Source: Octopus vulgaris
Lineage: Eukaryota
Reading direction: 5' to 3'
NCBI GenBank assembly: GCA_951406725.2
Contig: OX597826.1
Location: forward strand, 32,674,001 to 32,738,000
Length of the DNA: 64,000 nucleotides
The notes under the pieces were generated by a model that saw only the letters and a list, made by a program, of their open reading frames with translations, did not search any database and was not told where the DNA came from. Below are positions 25,115 through 39,266 of this stretch, one piece after another. Made by a program: the position numbers and the translations under genes. Every line of letters starts with the position of its first letter. Position 1 is the first letter of the stretch.

Positions 25115-25224
25115 TAATAAGAAGCAGAAGAATGGTAATAGTAATAGCAACAACAACGACAACAATAATGATATTAATGATAATGATGTTGATGATGATG
25201 ATGAGGATAATGATAATAATAATG

Positions 25225-25276
<52 letters not shown>

Positions 25277-26571
25277 CAATAATAATAATAATAATAATAA
25301 TAATAATTCAAAGAAGTTTTTTATTATTGTTATTGATTTTTACTTATTCAATGTAGTTTTCTTCTTTTTTCACAAATTCCATATCTATTGACTTATCTTT
25401 TAGAAATCTTTCATGCATCAACATCATAATTCAAGATTTTTCTTTCTTTATATCCTCCAGAATAGATGCAAGTACATTAATTTTAATTTTACAGTCCTAT
25501 GTATGCCTGGATTAGCATGTTTATCATCCTGCTGCAGCATGTTGTTAAATTTTAATGTTGTTACAATGGCAGGGTAGGACTGGAAAGGAAACTGGTCGCT
25601 GCCAGTTCAAATTTCATGCAATGGAAATTACTTTTCCATGGAAATTAATTTTATGTTGCGAAAGTCACTGGAAATGTTGCAAATTGCAATGAATGAGCCT
25701 TGACAAAAATATAAAAAAAACACAACATAAATAAGTAAAAACAACAAATGATTTGCTGTTTAACCAAGTTAAACAAACAATCAATTAGTTAGTTGAATAT
25801 TTAACCAATTGACTAATAATAAAGAGTGGAATTGAACCAGTGCATGTGTTAATAATACTGGTGTAATGACCCTCCCTAGACACAGTAAATACTGTAAATT
25901 TTTTTTATATGTTCTATTGTTTTATTTTTAGTGAGCAGAGCAGCTGGTATTCTTGATGCTTAACAGCCTCCAAAATTAATGGGGATGATAATGGAAGGCA
26001 TCTTCAAACTGAAGCTCTCATTTGTATATTTGCAACGAAGTGGACTGTGGTAAAGCCACCCAAGATACCAGATAGTGGAGTTATACTCTGCTACTTGGTG
26101 GGTTTTGAACTTAGAAGGAAGACAAGCAGAACAAATACCACAAGGCACCTGTTCTGATGTTCTTACAATGTCACCAATCAGCCATCTTAAATCAGTACTT
26201 ATTTTATTGATCTTGAAAAGAAGAAAAGTAAAGTTGACCTCTGCAGGATTTGAACTCAGAACAGAGAAGAAATGCTGTGAAGCATTTAGTCACATGTGCT
26301 ACCAACTCTGCCAGTTCAATATTTCTTATAGCAATGAAACATGAGCCAAATAATTTTAATTAAGAATTGCGTCGCCAACTTAACTATATGTTTTCCATGC
26401 AGATAGCATTCTTTGTAAATCATTTAGATGAATTAAAACGTTTAATTTTACACTTTATAATTTATGCCTCTTTTCCATATTAATTCTCTTCTCTAAATTT
26501 GTTTGCTTTTTTACTATTTTACATTCATTTTCCTATGTTAACATGCCTCCAATTATTTCTATCAACTTAAA

Positions 26572-26956
26572 CAGGCACAGGAGTGGCTGTGTGGTAAGTA
26601 GCTTGTTTATCAACCACTTGGTTTCAGGTTCAGTCCCACTGTATGGCACCTTGGGAAAAGGTCTTCTACTATAGCCTTGGGCCGACCGAAGCCTTGTGAG
26701 TGGACCTGGTAGATGGAAACTGAAAGAAGCCTGTTGTGTGTATATATGTTTGTGTATGTCCCCCCACAAAATCACTTGACAGCCAATGCTGGTGTGTTTA
26801 CATTCCCATAACTTAGTGGTTTGACAAAGGAGACTGATAGAATAAGTACTTGGTTTACAAAGGATAAGTCCTGGGGTTGATTTGCTTGACTAAAGGTGGT
26901 GCTCCAGCTTGGCCGCAGTCAAAATGACTGAAACAAGTAAAAGAATAAAAGAATAA
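26572..26956 (+). mobile_element. SINE family A (full length)
   Basis: AGGCACAGGAGTGGCTGTGTGGTAAG through GACTGAAACAAGTAAAAGAATAAAAGAATA. Confidence 0.9.
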
Positions 26957-28254
26957 CAGAATTCACAACCGACTTACAAGAGAAAATGGACGTTCTTTAA
27001 ACTATTGAACATTTCAACTGTGATTGAGTGGAATTGAGGGGTAAATGTAGTGAGAGGCTGTCAAAGGTAGAAGAATGATAAAGAAGTCAGAGAGAAGGTA
27101 AAGGAGAGTGGGTGATGACTGGCAGTGCAGAAAGTGGGAGGGGGGATAAATCAGGAGAATACTACTAATAATAATGAATACAAATTTTGGCACAAGGAGG
27201 AGAGGATTGCTAAGTAAAATTGACCTTGATGGGATTTGAAATCAGAACTTAAAGCACCAGAAGAAATGCTGCTAAGTATTCTTTCTTATGCACTAACAAT
27301 TCTTTCAGTTTGATGCCTTAATAATAATAACAATAATACAGTAAGCAAAGAAAGGAGGAGAGAAAGGGAAATGATAAATATGTAGGTAGGTTGCAAGAGT
27401 GTGAGAAGAGAGGGATCGAGGTAGTGTACGTGGGAGAGTGAGAAATGTACAATGGTGGAGAAAGAAATAATTTGGTAGCACAGAAGATGATCAATGTAAA
27501 ATGTGAGTGGAGAGGGACAATGTTAAGAATGAAGGAGGAATGTCAAGTGAATTGGTTGCAGGTAGTATAAAAGATAACAAGTATCACAGAAAAGGATGAT
27601 GAAATATGCAATTCAGCTCTCAATTAGTCACAACTACAGAATACTGTAATTAGGTAAGTGACATGTACTACTAACTCACATTGTCTTTCTGTATACTGAC
27701 TGACTTAATAATTTGGCTACATTCCATTCCAATACTATAGCACCATTTGTACCATATTTTATCGTGAGTATTGCAAATGTGTTAATGGTGCATATAATAT
27801 TCTCATAATTGGGATGAGTTTGATTGTCAACATATTCATTTTTCATTTGGATTCACACACATGGTTTCAAATACTTACTCACGTATTTAGAGAATGCAAA
27901 CTTATTCATTTCCTGCATTATCTCCCTTTTCATAGAGCTTCCAAAAAAATCTGTTTGACTCACCATTTTACCTTGCTATACTGATATCTTGCTCTATTTC
28001 TTCAGTCTGAAGACCTCTTGTTGTTCTTACTAAATCACTTTTGTGAAGAGACTTTCTAACAGGGGACTATTTCTTGTGTGCAAAGTTGGTGGTATTTTTA
28101 AAAAAATTATTTCCGCCTTTGGTGTAAACAGACATGACTTGTCTGCTCTTTCGCAGCCGAAGTATTTTATCCAAGAATGGATTATTAGCTGCATTGTCTT
28201 GGATACTGAATTTTAGTAAGGATAAAATGAATGTGTTTAGATCTTTATGCATGC

Positions 28255-28288
<34 letters not shown>

Positions 28289-29079
28289 ATGAGTGTGTAT
28301 TTGTACACATATGTATATATGTGTGTATGTGTGTATGGTAGTGTGTGCACCATGTATATATGTGTGTGCACACATATATATATGTGTATATGCGTGTGTA
28401 CACATATGTATATATATGTGTATGTATAGTGTGTATACATACACACACATGTATGTACATGTATATGAAATGAAATTCGAGAGTAGATTCTGAAGTAATT
28501 AAATTATGTCATCTTACACGTGTTTCAGAGAAGATTATGGTTGAATTATATAACCCATTCCAAGTGTATTCTCTAAATCCTCTCTTCATCGGAGACTAGA
28601 ATTTGGCCTTAATTTTCACAGAATCACATGTTAGATGATGTTACTAAATTGTTCCATCATCTACATCCCATTTTTGTTTTCTTTATGTGTACTCTGTGAT
28701 CTTTGTAACTATGGAGAACATTGTAAAGTAACTTTGATGATAAGACACGAATTCTCCTCACAGCTTTGTCTTTTCATGTAAAAGGATGCAAATATAGATA
28801 TATGTGTGTGTTTGTGTTCGTTTTATGTCATCTTTAATGCTATCATGTGTCAGATGAATATGTATTATAGAAGCATTGATTTACAGTTAGACACACCTAT
28901 TTTTCATGTAAGAAATATTTTATTGTATACATCATAGAAAGTGCAGAGCTAGCAGACGATTTGTTGACATGGAATTATCAATAAACATCACCATTTATTG
29001 CTCAGTCTTGTTTTCCCGTTAAGTGCAAAATGTAAACTTTCTGCCTGACACACTTGTGCATGTACACACGTAAATGTAA

Positions 29080-29151
<72 letters not shown>

Positions 29152-29185
29152 GTGTGTGCGTGTGTGTGTATGTGTATATATATAT

Positions 29186-29395
29186 AAAGTTAATCCAAAC
29201 ATGAAAACATGAGAAAACACAACGTGAGGACATGGAACATGTGTAATGTTATTGGACACTCAGGAAAGGAAAGAAAGAAGGAGGATTTAACTCTTCAAGT
29301 GGAGCTCTTCATCAGAAACATAGGAAAAGGAAAGATCCAAGGAAGGGAAGACGGAGGAAAAAAATTGCCAATGATGCACACGCAGTCACATATCT
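29186..29395 (-). mobile_element. Short repeat with decayed hammerhead motif
   Basis: Minus strand 29286-29318 TTT-CTGATGA-A-GAGC-tcc-ACTT-GAAG-AGTT-AAA; inferred consensus CTGATGAAGAGC..GCTCGAAACGTT, as in family E. Confidence 0.5.
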
Positions 29396-29510
29396 AGAAT
29401 GGATAATAAAATGAATGGTTTACACCTGGTACCTTACTGGCACATCATCTGGTTGCCATTTCCAAATTTAATTTGTCTCATTACAACTACAGCCTATATA
29501 TATATGTATA

Positions 29511-29553
<43 letters not shown>

Positions 29554-29766
29554 GTATATATATATATATATATATATGTTGTTTGTTTTTATGTTATACT
29601 GAAAACAGCTTTACATTAAACTGAAGGATTACTCAATACATTTGCTAGAGTAAAAATTTGTTATATTTGGTTTTGACAGTGATTTTGATGCTGCAGCCAG
29701 CTAAGCCACCATCAGACTATCTTACGATGGTAAGATTATTATTTTTATAACATAAGAATGCATACT

Positions 29767-29823
<57 letters not shown>

Positions 29824-29945
29824 GGTTTATAGATTAGAGACAGCTAGTGCTCAAGAGATTTAAACTTGAACTGGTAGAGGAGTAAATGTAAGGATAACTT
29901 GTCGTAACATTTACTCGTGTATACATATATATATATATATATTTG

Positions 29946-30310
29946 TTAAACAGGACATCAAACATTAAGGCAAGGCAAACATCTCAAGTTGTATACAATA
30001 TTATTATTGGAAGAAATTCAAAATCTTACAGCTGTTTCTGGGATATACCCGAGTATGGGATATTCCATCATCAGAAGCAAATAGGGAAAAAAAACAGGGA
30101 AAATGAGAATGGTATATATTAATGTTGTCATCTTATTAATATATACCATTCTCATTTTCCCTATTTTCCCCCTATTTGTCTCTGATAATGGAATATCCCA
30201 TTCTCGGGGATATCCCAGAAACAGCTGTAAGAGTTTGAATTTCTTCCAATAATAATATTGTATACAACTTGAGATGTTTGCCTTGCCTTAATGTTTACTG
30301 TCCTGTTTAA
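29946..30310. repeat. Fold-back with ~178 bp arms, 11 nt loop and a hammerhead motif in each arm
   Basis: 29946-30123 is nearly the reverse complement of 30135-30310; arms contain CTGAT(G/A)A-TGGAATATCCC...GGGATATCCCA-GAAA-CAGCTG-TA-AGA at 30024-30077 (-) and 30179-30233 (+). Confidence 0.85.
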
Positions 30311-30420
30311 GAATTATATATATATATATATATATACATATGTACATATATGTATGTATGTATTGCATGTATGTATGTATGTATGTATGTATGTATGTAT
30401 GTATGTATGTATGTATGTGT

Positions 30421-31621
30421 AAGGGTGTGTAAGGTATTTGAGGACACATTTTTTGGGTCATTGCTGCAATTTTTGCCAAGCTCTGTATAATCCTTGTTTC
30501 AGAAAATAATAATTGCAGACCTCTTAGCTTGCTCAAGAAATGAAAAGGTGTGCTGTTATTGTGGTCATAAGGCTGAGCATAGTGATTTAAAAATATCTCG
30601 ATTTTTAAAAGTTGCTAGTTTTTTTTTTTTACAAAGATGGAAATGTATCACAAAGCATAAAAAAGCATTCTAAATGCTCTGAAATCATGAGAACACCTGA
30701 ATTTATTTAGAAAGTTTGACAGACCATTGATTACAATCCCAGAAAGTCCATGAGGTCAATTGCAAAAGATCACCATGTGTCAGAAGGAACAGTCAGAAAT
30801 GTTGTCCACAAAGACAACAGATATCAGTCTTATATGATGAGGAAAGGTCAATTTGTCAGAAAAAGCAAACGAAAATCACTACATCAGATCTAAAAGGCTC
30901 TTAAACAAACTGAAAAATCCAGCAGAAGATTTGATTTGTGTTTTCTCAAATGAGAAAAACTTCGACCAAGATCAAAAAGTTAACAAAAGAAATGACAGAT
31001 GGTTATGTGCAGACCCTTCTGAAGGTCCAAGTGTTAATTATACAAAATCTCCTGCAGTTGTCATGATTTTAGTGGTTGTCAGCAATGAAGGACATGTGAT
31101 GCCATCTTACTTCTTTCCACAAGGCCTTAGAGTTAACTCTGCCACCTACATCGAGGTCCTGGACATAACTGTTGAACTCTGGATAGACAGTGCAGTGTAT
31201 GCAATGGAAAGCCATATATGTTTCTGTAAGACTGCACTATCACACATGCCACTACTAACACAAAAATGGATGGCTGAAAATTTTCATGATCACATAACCC
31301 CTAACATTTGGCCTCCTAATTTCCCAGATATCAATTCACTGGACTATTACATGTGAAGCATTGTTGAGAGAGAAGTCAATGAACACACCCATAACATCAA
31401 AGATTCTTTGAAAGCTGCCATAGTGAGAGTAATGTCCAAAATGAACCAGGACCACTTGATCTCAGTTGTTGAAGCTGAAGGTGGCTTTATTGAATAACAT
31501 TAGAGAAAAGGTTTATTTTTATCCTCATAGCATTTTTTATAAATAAAGTTATTATCCATTATTATATATCTGTTTTATTTTTATAAACATAGATCTGCCC
31601 TCAAATATCTTATGCACCCTG
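30421..31621 (+). mobile_element. Decayed Tc1/mariner-superfamily transposon, DD37D (maT) type
   Basis: TIRs AGGGTGTGTAAGGTATTTGAGGACACAT / CAGGGTGCATAAGATATTTGAGGGCAGAT with TA flanks; transposase FSNEKNF...NDRW...VMILVVVSNEG...WPPNFPDINSLDYY with ~37 residues between the last two Asp across a frameshift; ends VVEAEGGFIE*. Confidence 0.9.
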
Positions 31622-32667
31622 TACATATATATGTATACACACACACAGTTTTATAGATAGACATTCATATAATAAACATGTGGATGCATACACATGTATA
31701 AACAAACATATTTTCACTTGAGAATTTGTTACCAAGCAGCTCTACATTGTGGCCTATACAGAATGAAATATGAGTGACAATTTAGATGTAAATATGTGAA
31801 GGCATTTGGGTAAAGAAGGATCAAACAATTCAAAGAATTTTAGACCAGGTTGCTGAACATGGTTCATGCTCTTTTATTATATACAACCAAAGAGGCTGTA
31901 GTTGCAATGAGACAAACCAAATTTGGAAATGACAACCAGATGTCCCATTGTCTTGAAGCATTTTGAGACATATTCTTGTGAGGAGGGAACTTATTGTCTT
32001 TATGTTGTTCCAACTTTTTTTAGATTACACTGTTTTAATGAAATTCATGATGGAGTCACCAGACTGACACTCTTTAAGAATTTTGATGAGGCATGAAAAT
32101 CCTTCATCAAATGCTCACATCCAGGCATATGGCAGATTTGTTTTTTTACTATACTTTTGCATCATCTACATTTTGTTACCAACATTCTTGATGCTGTAGT
32201 TGTTGTTGTTGCTGCTGCTGCTGCTGTTGTTGTTGTTGTTGTTGTTGTTGTTGGTTGTTGTTGTTGTTGCTGCTGCTGCTGTTGTTGTTGTTGTGAAAAG
32301 ATGGTTGACTGAGGCAAAAATGGTTAGGGTGAATGAACCCACTCTAAGCATGCATCTGTTGATCAGAAAAAAACCCCTCCAATATTTGGGTGAGGGTTCA
32401 TGTTTTCCTGGTCAGAGAAATTCTGGATCTGTGGAGTTCCTTCATTGGCTATAGTTGGAGCTTTCCTGGCATCAGGAGGACTTCATCATCCACAGGTTCA
32501 TCACCTACTTTGTATGCATTTATCTCATTTCCTTCCCTTCATCTTTTATATAAACTTGCACAAACTGTAGACTAGCCTTGAAATGTTCCTCTCATGTATG
32601 CCCTTGAGGCAAATAAAAGAAATTCTTCTTCTCCTTCTTATTATCATTATCATCATCATCATCATTA

Positions 32668-32724
<57 letters not shown>

Positions 32725-32825
32725 CTTTCCAATCATTTTGTTCAGAAGGTTTGTTGTTGAAATATAATTTTGATTATTCTCATAGCTCTTTATTTTATTT
32801 TAATTTTTCTCTTTTATCTATTCCT

Positions 32826-32947
<122 letters not shown>

Positions 32948-33760
32948 TATTATTATTATTTATTTTCTCCCCAAAGATATATTACACAATATCATTAAAC
33001 AGATTTAGATGAATAACTAATCAAAAATGTAAAACCACCCAGCCTCTTTCTAGATGAAAATAAAACCAAACCAAAACAAGTAAACAACCAAACAAATACA
33101 GAAACAAAAATAAAAATAAAAATAAAATAAAATAAAATAAAGCATAATAAAAATAAAATAAAATGAACTAAAATGAAATCAAAAATAAGATAAAATACAA
33201 AGACAAAATTCTAATTTACAGCTTTTACTTAAATCAAAGAATATTTAATCCATATCTAAATTCTATTTTATTGATAATTGCTTTACTCATGATTTAATTT
33301 TAATTATATCTATTTATTTGGAGATGGAATTTACAGTTTTTTTTTCCTTTTGTTTGCGTATATTTATTTTTGTTTATTTCTTTAAGTTTTTCTCTCTCAA
33401 TTTTCATTTTCTTGCGATTCTACACCGAACAGCTTTGGCATTTCTTTATCTTGTCTTCTAATTCTTTTCAATTCATTTTCTTTACTTATGGGAGGCGGGT
33501 GGAGAAGAAGAAGAAGAAGAAGACCACTAACAACAATAACAACCAAAGAAATTAACAATACAAACGCATAATAAATACAAACAAAAAACATACATAAATC
33601 AACTAATTAAATTAAAGCAAATACAGACTCGTTTTCTCTCAACGAGAATATAGTGAGATTAATTTGAAATGCTAATCTATTATTGAGAAACCTAAGTCTC
33701 TGATAGAATTATATATTGTGAAAAAGGCGCCAAGCTAAAGCAGACCTCAGTATGATATAA

Positions 33761-33852
<92 letters not shown>

Positions 33853-33944
33853 TTTATAACAATAATATCAACAACAATGATAATAAAAATTACAATATTA
33901 TTAGAAACTTGCATAAAACTGCTAATAAGGTGATGTTAATGAAC

Positions 33945-33985
<41 letters not shown>

Positions 33986-34010
33986 AGTAATAATAATAAT
34001 AATAATAGTA

Positions 34011-34059
<49 letters not shown>

Positions 34060-34062
<3 letters not shown>

Positions 34063-34493
34063 CACAAGGCCCACAATATTGGGGAGGGGTTAAGTCAATT
34101 ACATCGACCCCAGTACATAACTAGTACTAATTTTATCCACCTTGAAAGGATGAAAGGCTAAGCTGACCTTGGCAGAATCTGAACTCTGAACATAAAAGTA
34201 AAGGAAATGATGCTAAGCAGTTTACCTAGTGTGTTAATGTTTATGCCATCTTACCACCTTAATAAAAATGACCTTTTCTACTATAGGCACAAGGCCTGAA
34301 ATTTGGGGGAGGAGCTAAGTTGATTACCTCGGCCCCAGTATTCAACTGGTACTTATTCTATTAACACCCCACCCCATAAAAAAAGATGAAAGTTAATTTC
34401 GACCTCAGTGGAATTTGAACTCAGAACGTAAAGACAGATGAAATACTGCTAAGGATTTTGCCCGGCATGGTAATGATTTCACTAGCTTGCCAA
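34060..34493 (-). mobile_element. Two tandem SINE family B copies
   Basis: Cores AAGGATGAAAGGC...GACCT...GAACTC near 34150 and 34385, same orientation; a further copy at 35185-35382. Confidence 0.8.
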
Positions 34494-34564
34494 TAATAAT
34501 AATAATAATAATAATGATGATAATAATAATAATAATAATGATAATAATAATAATAATAATAATA

Positions 34565-34606
34565 ACAATACCTGTTGTCATAGGTGCCCTGGGAATGATA
34601 GCAAAA
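34565..34606 (+). mobile_element. Tiny R4/Dong-type LINE fragment inside (AAT)n
   Basis: Translates TIPVVIGALGMIAK, the C-terminal endonuclease-region motif also seen at ~48835 (FIPTIIGALG) and ~59880 (FIPVII*ALG). Confidence 0.6.
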
Positions 34607-34697
34607 AAAAAACCTTTTTTTTTTTCTTTTTAGACATTCATTAGTACAACATCCCCACCCCCCAAAAATAATGATGATAATAATAATAATAATAATG

Positions 34698-34780
<83 letters not shown>

Positions 34781-34829
34781 TTTAGTAGTAACAGTAATGA
34801 TCATAATAATAATAATAATGATAATAATG

Positions 34830-34869
<40 letters not shown>

Positions 34870-34965
34870 TAATTATTATTATTATTTCAAATTTTGACAC
34901 AAGGCTAGTAATTTCGAGATTAACAAGTACTTATTTTTATGCCCAAAAGGATGAAAGTCAAAATC

Positions 34966-35009
<44 letters not shown>

Positions 35010-35067
35010 TAATAATAATAACAATAATCGTTTAATGTCCACTTTCCATGCTGGCCATGACAGCAAT

Positions 35068-35124
<57 letters not shown>

Positions 35125-35384
35125 GTAATAACAGCAACAATAGTTTCAAATTTTGGCACATTATAATAATAATAATAATAATGATGGTTTCAAATTTTGG
35201 CACATAGCGTGGTGCGTTTTTGAGGGGAGGGGGATATTGATTATAATGGTCTTAATGCTTTGCTGGTATTTTGTTTTACTGACCCGGAAAGAATAAAAGG
35301 CAAAATTTGACCTCGGTTGCATTTGAACGTGGAACATAAAGCTGGTTATCCAACATGTAAATGACTCTGCCAGCTTGCTGCAAT

Positions 35385-35482
<98 letters not shown>

Positions 35483-35857
35483 TGATATCATTAGACAGTT
35501 GTATGAAACTGAAAAATTTGATGATGATGATGACTATGATAATGATTGTGATGATGATAATAATGATGATGATGATAACAACAACAACAACAACAACAAT
35601 AGATAATATTTATAGGCACTGAAGCATCAATGAAAACAAGCTGCAGCAAACAGAATTCAATTGAAAATGTAATTATGAAGAAATTAATTGATATAACGTC
35701 TAATTACAGGGTGTATTTAAAACTGGTCGTTTTTAATATGCAACCAATTGTTGCATCTCATCTATTATTCTTTTAAAAGTTATATATTCATTTTATGCGG
35801 GCTAACTGGAGTGATAATTTTTCTGTCTGCTGATCGGAGTGAGAGCAATTATTATTA

Positions 35858-35901
<44 letters not shown>

Positions 35902-35903
<2 letters not shown>

Positions 35904-36805
35904 GGTGAGCACATGAGATGATAAAATGCTTAGCAATATGTCTTTGAGATCTTTACATTCTGAGTTCATATTCTGCCGAGGTAGACTTAGCATTTCATCC
36001 TTTTTGGGGTTGATAAAAAAAAGTACCGGCTAGGCACTGAGGGGACAATGTAATCGATTTACCTCCTCCCTCGAACTTGCACCAAAATTTGAAACCGTTA
36101 TCATTGAGCTGGCAGAATCATTAGCACACTGGGTGAAGTGCTTAGTGGTATTTTGTCTGTTGCTATGTTGTGAGTTCAAATTCTGCTGTGGTTGACTTTG
36201 CCTTTAATCTTTTTGGGGCTGATAAATTAAGTACCAGTGAAACACTGGGGTCGATGTAATCAACTAGTTCCCTCCCTCCAAAGTTCAGCACTTGTGCCTT
36301 TAGTAGCAAAGATTTCCATTATCATTATTAAGATGGCGAACTTGCAGACTCGTTAGCATGCTGGGCTAAATGCTTAATGGTATTTTGCCTGTTGCTACGT
36401 TCTGAGTTCAAATTCTGCCATGATTGACTTTGCCTTTCATCCTTTCAGGGTGACAAATTAAGTACCAGTTGAACACTGGGGTCGATGTAATTGAAACATA
36501 CCCTTCCCCCAAAGTGACTGCCCATGGGGTAAAATTTGAAACCATTATTATTATTATTATTATTGTTGTTGTTGTTGTTGTTGCTGTTATTAAAGCAGTG
36601 AGCTGGCAGAACTGTTAGCATGTTGGACGAAACGCTTAGCAGTATTTAACCTGTCGCTACATTTTGAGTTCAAATTCCAATGAGGTCAACTTTGCCTTTC
36701 ATCCTTTCAGGGTTGATAAATTAAGTACCAGTGAAACACTGGGGTCGATGTAATCGATTAGTGCCCTCCTTCCCAAATTTGAGGCATGTGCCTCCAGTAG
36801 AAAGG

Positions 36806-36810
<5 letters not shown>
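35902..36810 (+). mobile_element. Train of four head-to-tail SINE family B copies
   Basis: Units start near 35902, 36104, 36329 and 36592, each with TGAGTTCAAATTC...ACTTTGCCTTT(C)ATC...AAGTACC...CACTG, separated by ATT-rich linkers; further copies at 36905-37128 (-) and 37464-37680 (+). Confidence 0.85.
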
Positions 36811-36864
<54 letters not shown>

Positions 36865-37126
36865 CATTATTATTGTTATTGTTGTTATTATTATCTATTT
36901 ATTTATTGCCCACAAGGGGCTAAATGTGGAGGGGACAAACAAGGTCAGACGAAGGAATTAATTTGATTACATCGACCCGAGTGTGTAACTGGTACTTATT
37001 TAATTGAACTCGAAAGGATGAAAGGCAAGGTCGACCCTGGTGAAATTTGAACTCAGAATGTAGTGGTAGATGAAGTACCGCTAAGCACTTTACCCGGTGT
37101 GCTCACAATTCTGCCAGCTTGCCACC

Positions 37127-37174
<48 letters not shown>

Positions 37175-37184
37175 ATTATTATTA

Positions 37185-37215
<31 letters not shown>

Positions 37216-37417
37216 CATTATTCGTCATTTAACGTCTGTTTTCCAAGCTAGCAATGGATGGATGGTTCTACTGGGGTCTGGAAAGCCAGGAGGCTGCACC
37301 AGGCCCCAATCTTATCTGGCAGTGTTTCTACAGCTGGATGCCCTTCCTAATGCCAACCACTCTGGGAGTGTAGTGGGTGCTTTTTATTATTATTGTTATT
37401 GTTGTTGTTGTTGTTAT

Positions 37418-37452
<35 letters not shown>

Positions 37453-37835
37453 CCATCATTATTAAGGCAGCAAGCTGGCAGAACTCTTAGCACTGCAGAT
37501 AAGATGCATAGTGGCATTTCTTCTAGCTTTGGGTTCTGAATTCTAATGTTGCCAATATTGACTTTACCATCCACCCTATTGGAAGTTGATAAAATAAATA
37601 TGATCTAAGTTCTGGGATCGATGCGACTGACTAACTTCTCCCACAAAATTTCAGTCTTTCTGCCAGAAGCAGAAAGAATTCTTCTTTTCATTATTATCAA
37701 AAGTTTTTCTCTGTTAATTTCATTCAGGTTTCTGCAGCACCAACTGGTGCACCCATATGTTTCAGGTATATGACGTAGTGGTAAAGAGCATGAGCTACTA
37801 ACCCAGTTCAATTCCAGGCAGTGACCTGAATAATG

Positions 37836-37879
<44 letters not shown>

Positions 37880-37889
37880 CATTATAATC

Positions 37890-37937
<48 letters not shown>

Positions 37938-38139
37938 TTAAAGTTTTTAAAGTTTTAAACATTTTAAAACAAACATAATTTTCTTATGGTTTCTTAAACA
38001 TTCACTAGTACAACACTAAGTACAAAGCCAAATATATGGCACCCTAGGCATAACACCAACATGAACTTCCAACTTGTCTCTTGAGGTCTCTGGGTGAGAC
38101 TTGGAGCCAACTTGTACAAATATAAAGCAAAAGTCAAAC

Positions 38140-38142
<3 letters not shown>
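37938..38142 (+). mobile_element. Probable Dong/R4-type LINE 3' UTR inserted in (AAT)n
   Basis: Unique segment ending GAGGTCTCTGGGTGAGACTTGG...AAAAGTCAAACAT and running into (AAT)n on both sides; family call is recalled resemblance only. Confidence 0.4.
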
Positions 38143-38216
<74 letters not shown>

Positions 38217-38348
38217 TCGAAAAATACTTTAGGAATGAGAACCTAGATTCGAAATTTCCCCAAGACAACTAATGAAGGCAGGAGAGTATATCAGCTGAAA
38301 TGTGATAACAACAAACAAGATGAGGACAAATATCTATCAAATGTAAGT

Positions 38349-38677
38349 GAGGGCGCGTGGCTTAGTGGTTAGGGCATTCGGCTCATGATCGTAAGGTTGT
38401 GAGTTCGATTCCCGGCGACGCGTTGTGTCCTTGAGCAAGACACTTTATTTCACGTTGCTCCAGTCCACTCAGCTGGCAAAAATGAGTTGTACTTGTATTT
38501 CAAAGGGTCAGCCTTGTCACTCTCTGTGTCACGCTGATTATCCCCGAGATCTACGTTAAGGGTACACGTGTCTGTGGAATGCTCAGCCATTTGCACGTTA
38601 ATTTCACGAGCAAGCTGTTCCGTTGATCGTATCAGCTGGGACCCTCGTCGTCGTAACCGGCGGAGTCTTTTTTTTAG
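38349..38677 (+). mobile_element. Young tRNA-derived SINE family C with TSD
   Basis: A-box TGGCTTAGTGG, anticodon-like loop CTCATGA, B-box GTTCGATTCC, oligo-T end; 13 bp TSD ATCAAATGTAA(G/A)T at 38336-38348 and 38678-38690. Confidence 0.92.
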
Positions 38678-39219
38678 ATCAAATGTAAATAATGTACATA
38701 ATTCCCCATCTCTTAAATAAAGAACTGAAGGGATTGCAATGTCAATCAGTAAGCATGTGTTTCTATTCCAGTCTTTTAGTACATCAAAATGGTTTGCCTT
38801 GGTCAGTTTGAATAGACATACTCCAGATTATTGTGGCCAACTTATTATCAAGTACCTCGTTTGGTACATACTTGTACCACTTCTTATTTGCTTTCACATT
38901 TAAGAATTGGCATATTGCCAAGGGTAACTTCCTCCATCATTTTGAAGCTGATAAAATAAAATACTAGTGAAGTGCAGGAGTCAATGTATCCTCCTAACCC
39001 TCTCCCCTTAAAATTGGGGTTACCATTTAGCTCACAAGACCAAGATCCTTTCCTAGCGAAAGAATTTTTAGGGAAATGGATCAACCTCAGTACTTATTCT
39101 GTTGGTCTCTTTTTTGCTGGAATGCTAAGTTACAAGGATGTAACTAGACCAACACTGGTTGTCAGGCAGTAGTGGGGGACAAATGCAGACACAAAGACAC
39201 ACACACATAAATACATACT

Positions 39220-39266
<47 letters not shown>

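Larger units (their letters stand above)
37763..38727 (+). mobile_element. tRNA-headed hammerhead-tailed repeat (family D) with two nested insertions
   Basis: A-box TGACGTAGTGG 37771-37781, B-box GTTCAATTCC 37806-37815, (AAT)n, and a tail with a decayed hammerhead at ~38263-38305 continuing after the SINE at 38678-38727. Confidence 0.7.

Noticed and set aside
31700-32160. Possible additional Tc1-like transposase remnant
   Set aside because: Only vague motif resemblance and no TIRs found.
38349-38425. tRNA-Met-like gene (CAT loop)
   Set aside because: No proper acceptor stem; continues into a SINE body with a TSD and several paralogs.
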